A stretch of DNA of 64,000 bases, taken from Candidatus Krumholzibacteriota bacterium (lineage in GTDB: Bacteria > Krumholzibacteriota > Krumholzibacteriia > JAJRXK01). Below, piece by piece: positions 61,827 through 64,000 of this stretch. Numbering within the stretch: the first letter of the stretch is position 1; every line of letters starts with the position of its first letter. Position numbers and translations under genes: made by a program. The notes under the pieces were generated by a model. It saw only the letters and a list, made by a program, of their open reading frames with translations, had not been told where the DNA came from and ran no database searches. The stretch is taken from NCBI GenBank assembly GCA_963764625.1, contig CAVXTH010000008.1, forward strand, positions 152,584 through 216,583, in the 5' to 3' direction.

Positions 61827-62506
61827 TCACGCTCCCGGCCAGAGCCAACCGAAGAAACCGCCGGTCACCAGGCCGTAGATCAGCCCATCGAGAACGGACT
61901 TCAGAGTTCCACTCCATCCGCGCTTGTACCAGATGGACGCTTGAATCAGAGCAAGGGAGTATCCCACGAAGGCAGTCGCGCTGACGTAGCGGAAGATCAC
62001 GCGATACTCCGTACCCGCCTCGGCAAGCCCTCCCACGATGTAGGCGCAAAAGACACCGACCAGCACGCAGTAGAGGAACCACTGAAAGAGCTGTGCTCCC
62101 ATCTTGAACGGTCCGTTGGGCATGATGGTCAAGATAGGATACTCGGCTCCGCGGGCGCGAGGCGCCCACGATGTAGGCGAGAAGATGCCCACGAGCACAC
62201 AGTAAGGAACATGGAAGAGTTGGCGCATTGAAGGGTGTTGGGATGAGGTAAAATGCCGACCGGACCCTGATTCAGTTTCTCGAGGTACTGAGGATCCTTC
62301 ATCTGCGACTGATCGGTGCAATGCGGCATGGTGTATTCACCGGGCGCCAGCTGAAACGGCCGCAAAGCGGACATGACCCCATCCTCGTCGGGCAGAGCCG
62401 CGAAGTCACCATTGTGGTACTTGAACACCATGTGAAGGATCGCGCTGACGAGGAACACGGCGACGGCCGCGAGAAGAATCGGGAGCCAGAGTGACATCAA
62501 AAGCAT
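61827..62506 (-). CDS. Membrane protein interrupted by a degenerate internal duplication
   Basis: N part MLLMSLWLPILL...PGEYTMP...GPVGI and C part LTIMPNGP...DGLIYGLVTGGFFGWLWP lie in different frames. Confidence 0.65.
62003..62254. repeat. Imperfect tandem duplication of about 120-130 bp
   Basis: 62136-62254 is a deletion-rich copy of 62003-62135 (shared CCCACGATGTAGGCG, GATACTC, AGGAAC). Confidence 0.75.
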
Positions 62507-62711
62507 CACAGCCTCCGGGTTGAAGATTGGGGGAATGGGACACAAAACTGTTGCACACTTCTCGCGCCTCGGCAATGGAGTTGCCATGGGAGGCTCCCGT
62601 TCGCCTCCGAGCCGCCCGCTCGCGCCGCGATCCTGCTCTCGACGGCGGAAAGCGCAATGAATACACTCGTCCGAGGTCTCAATCCACCGCACCGGCACAT
62701 TGGAGGTACCG

Positions 62712-64000
62712 ATGCAGACGCAAGCAGAGGCGAGGACCCCCTTCCCCAGAGTCTTCTGGGTGGCGAACGTGATCGAAATCCTGGAGCGCTTCGCCTACTA
62801 CGGAATCTACTTCAGTTTCGGAATCTACATGGCGAGTCTGGGCTACTCGCGTGACCAGCTGGGGATCGTCCAGACCATCTTCCTGCTCCTTTCGTACACG
62901 GTGCCGCTGATCTCGGGGACCTTCGCCGACCGCTTCGGCTTCAAGAAGCTCCTGATCGTCAGTTATCTGGCCTACTTGCCCTCGATCCTGCTGTTGATTC
63001 TCACCAAGTCTTTCTCGGGCATTGCGCTGACCATGCTGAGCATGGGCCTGGCGGCGGGCATCTTCAAGCCGCTGGTCTCCGCCACGGTGCGGGCGACCAC
63101 TGACCGTAGCAATGCCACCCTGGGCTTCGGGGTCTTCTACGCGATGGTGAACGTCGGTGGATCTCTGGGTCCGATCGTGGCCGGCAAGTTGCGCGCGATT
63201 TCCTGGAACTATGCGTTCTATGCCGCGGCGGCTGCCATCGTGGTGATGCTATTCATCACCATCTTCTTCTACAAAGAGCCCGAGCGGGAAATCGAAGGAA
63301 GCTCGCTCAAACAGAAGTTCCAGGACATTGGAATTGCGCTCAGCGATCTGAAGTTCAGCCTCTTCTTGCTGCTCTTGGGGGCGTTCTTCTGGATCCCCTT
63401 CTGGGCCTTCTTCAACCTGTGTGCGCTCTACGTGGACAGCAATCTGGACACCGCGAGTCTCTACCATGGAATGCGCTCGCTCTTCGGCAGCGGCTTCGCG
63501 AACTTCTTCTCCCATGAAGAAAACGGTACGCGCAAGCTGTTGGGAGAGACCATTTCGCACACCGGCTACATCATCGTGATCCTGCAGATCTTCGTGTCGC
63601 GCTTTTTCGAGCGTTTCCCCGCCATTCCTTCGTTCTTGAGTGGGCTGTTCATCGCCGCGCTCGGAATGGGTGTCTTGGGACTGGCGAACGTCAGCGGCCC
63701 CGGACTGGTCTTTCTGGGCATCTTCCTGTTTGCGGTGGGCGAGATGATCGCCTCGCCGCGCATCCAGGAGTACATCACCTGGATTGCGCCCAAGGAGAAG
63801 GCGGGTCTCTACATGGGAGCGAACTTCCTCGCGGTCGGCATCGGCGCGTTCAGCGGCATTCTCTACACCCCACTCTACGGCCACTTCGACGCGGTGGGGC
63901 ACGCCGAGTACGTTTGGTACGTCCTCGGCGCGCATCTCCTGGTGGGCATCGTGGTGATGTTCCTCTTTGAGCGCCTGGCGGGAGGTTTTCAGCAGCAGGA
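62712..64000 (+). CDS. MFS transporter (POT/peptide-type), 3'-truncated by the window
   Basis: Not in the ORF track; GGAGG RBS, ATG 62712; EILERFAYYG (ExxERFxYY), FADRFGFKK, GIFKP, NVGG. Confidence 0.88.
   Translation, partial: MQTQAEARTPFPRVFWVANVIEILERFAYYGIYFSFGIYMASLGYSRDQLGIVQTIFLLLSYTVPLISGTFADRFGFKKLLIVSYLAYLPSILLLILTKSFSGIALTMLSMGLAAGIFKPLVSATVRATTDRSNATLGFGVFYAMVNVGGSLGPIVAGKLRAISWNYAFYAAAAAIVVMLFITIFFYKEPEREIEGSSLKQKFQDIGIALSDLKFSLFLLLLGAFFWIPFWAFFNLCALYVDSNLDTASLYHGMRSLFGSGFANFFSHEENGTRKLLGETISHTGYIIVILQIFVSRFFERFPAIPSFLSGLFIAALGMGVLGLANVSGPGLVFLGIFLFAVGEMIASPRIQEYITWIAPKEKAGLYMGANFLAVGIGAFSGILYTPLYGHFDAVGHAEYVWYVLGAHLLVGIVVMFLFERLAGGFQQQ

Overview
A GC-rich bacterial chromosome window that contains the replication origin. 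From left to right it holds a split pntA/pntB transhydrogenase, an HD hydrolase, gyrA-gyrB-dciA-recF-dnaN-oriC-dnaA, then rpmH-rnpA-yidD-yidC-jag-rsmG-parS-parA-parB, an M23 peptidase and a bactofilin. An accessory stretch (about 22-41 kb) carries an ECF sigma/anti-sigma/Spy module, a hexaheme cytochrome with a FlgD-Ig/T9SS-type tail and a cluster of cohesin/dockerin-like secreted proteins. The rest is tRNA-Gln, a complete F1Fo atp operon, a Ser/Thr kinase-WD40/porin/binding-protein trio, a glyoxylate shunt with an ICL2-type isocitrate lyase, a DEAD-box helicase and an MFS transporter cut by the window end. The PNPF-type C-terminal domains and the C-terminal WG-x-x-K motifs suggest an FCB-group candidate phylum (Krumholzibacteriota/Eisenbacteria/Latescibacterota-like); this is inference. 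Many accessory genes are frameshifted, most likely from consensus errors. I found no CRISPR array, rRNA or IS element. The best novelty candidates are a shared C-terminal C-x-[IV]P-x4-[SG]WGA-x-K-x-R-[FY] putative sorting signal, a T9SS-exported cohesin/dockerin scaffold next to an exported multiheme cytochrome, and a duplicated ECF promoter that can be read directly from the sequence. All family assignments are by motif recognition; no database searches were run.
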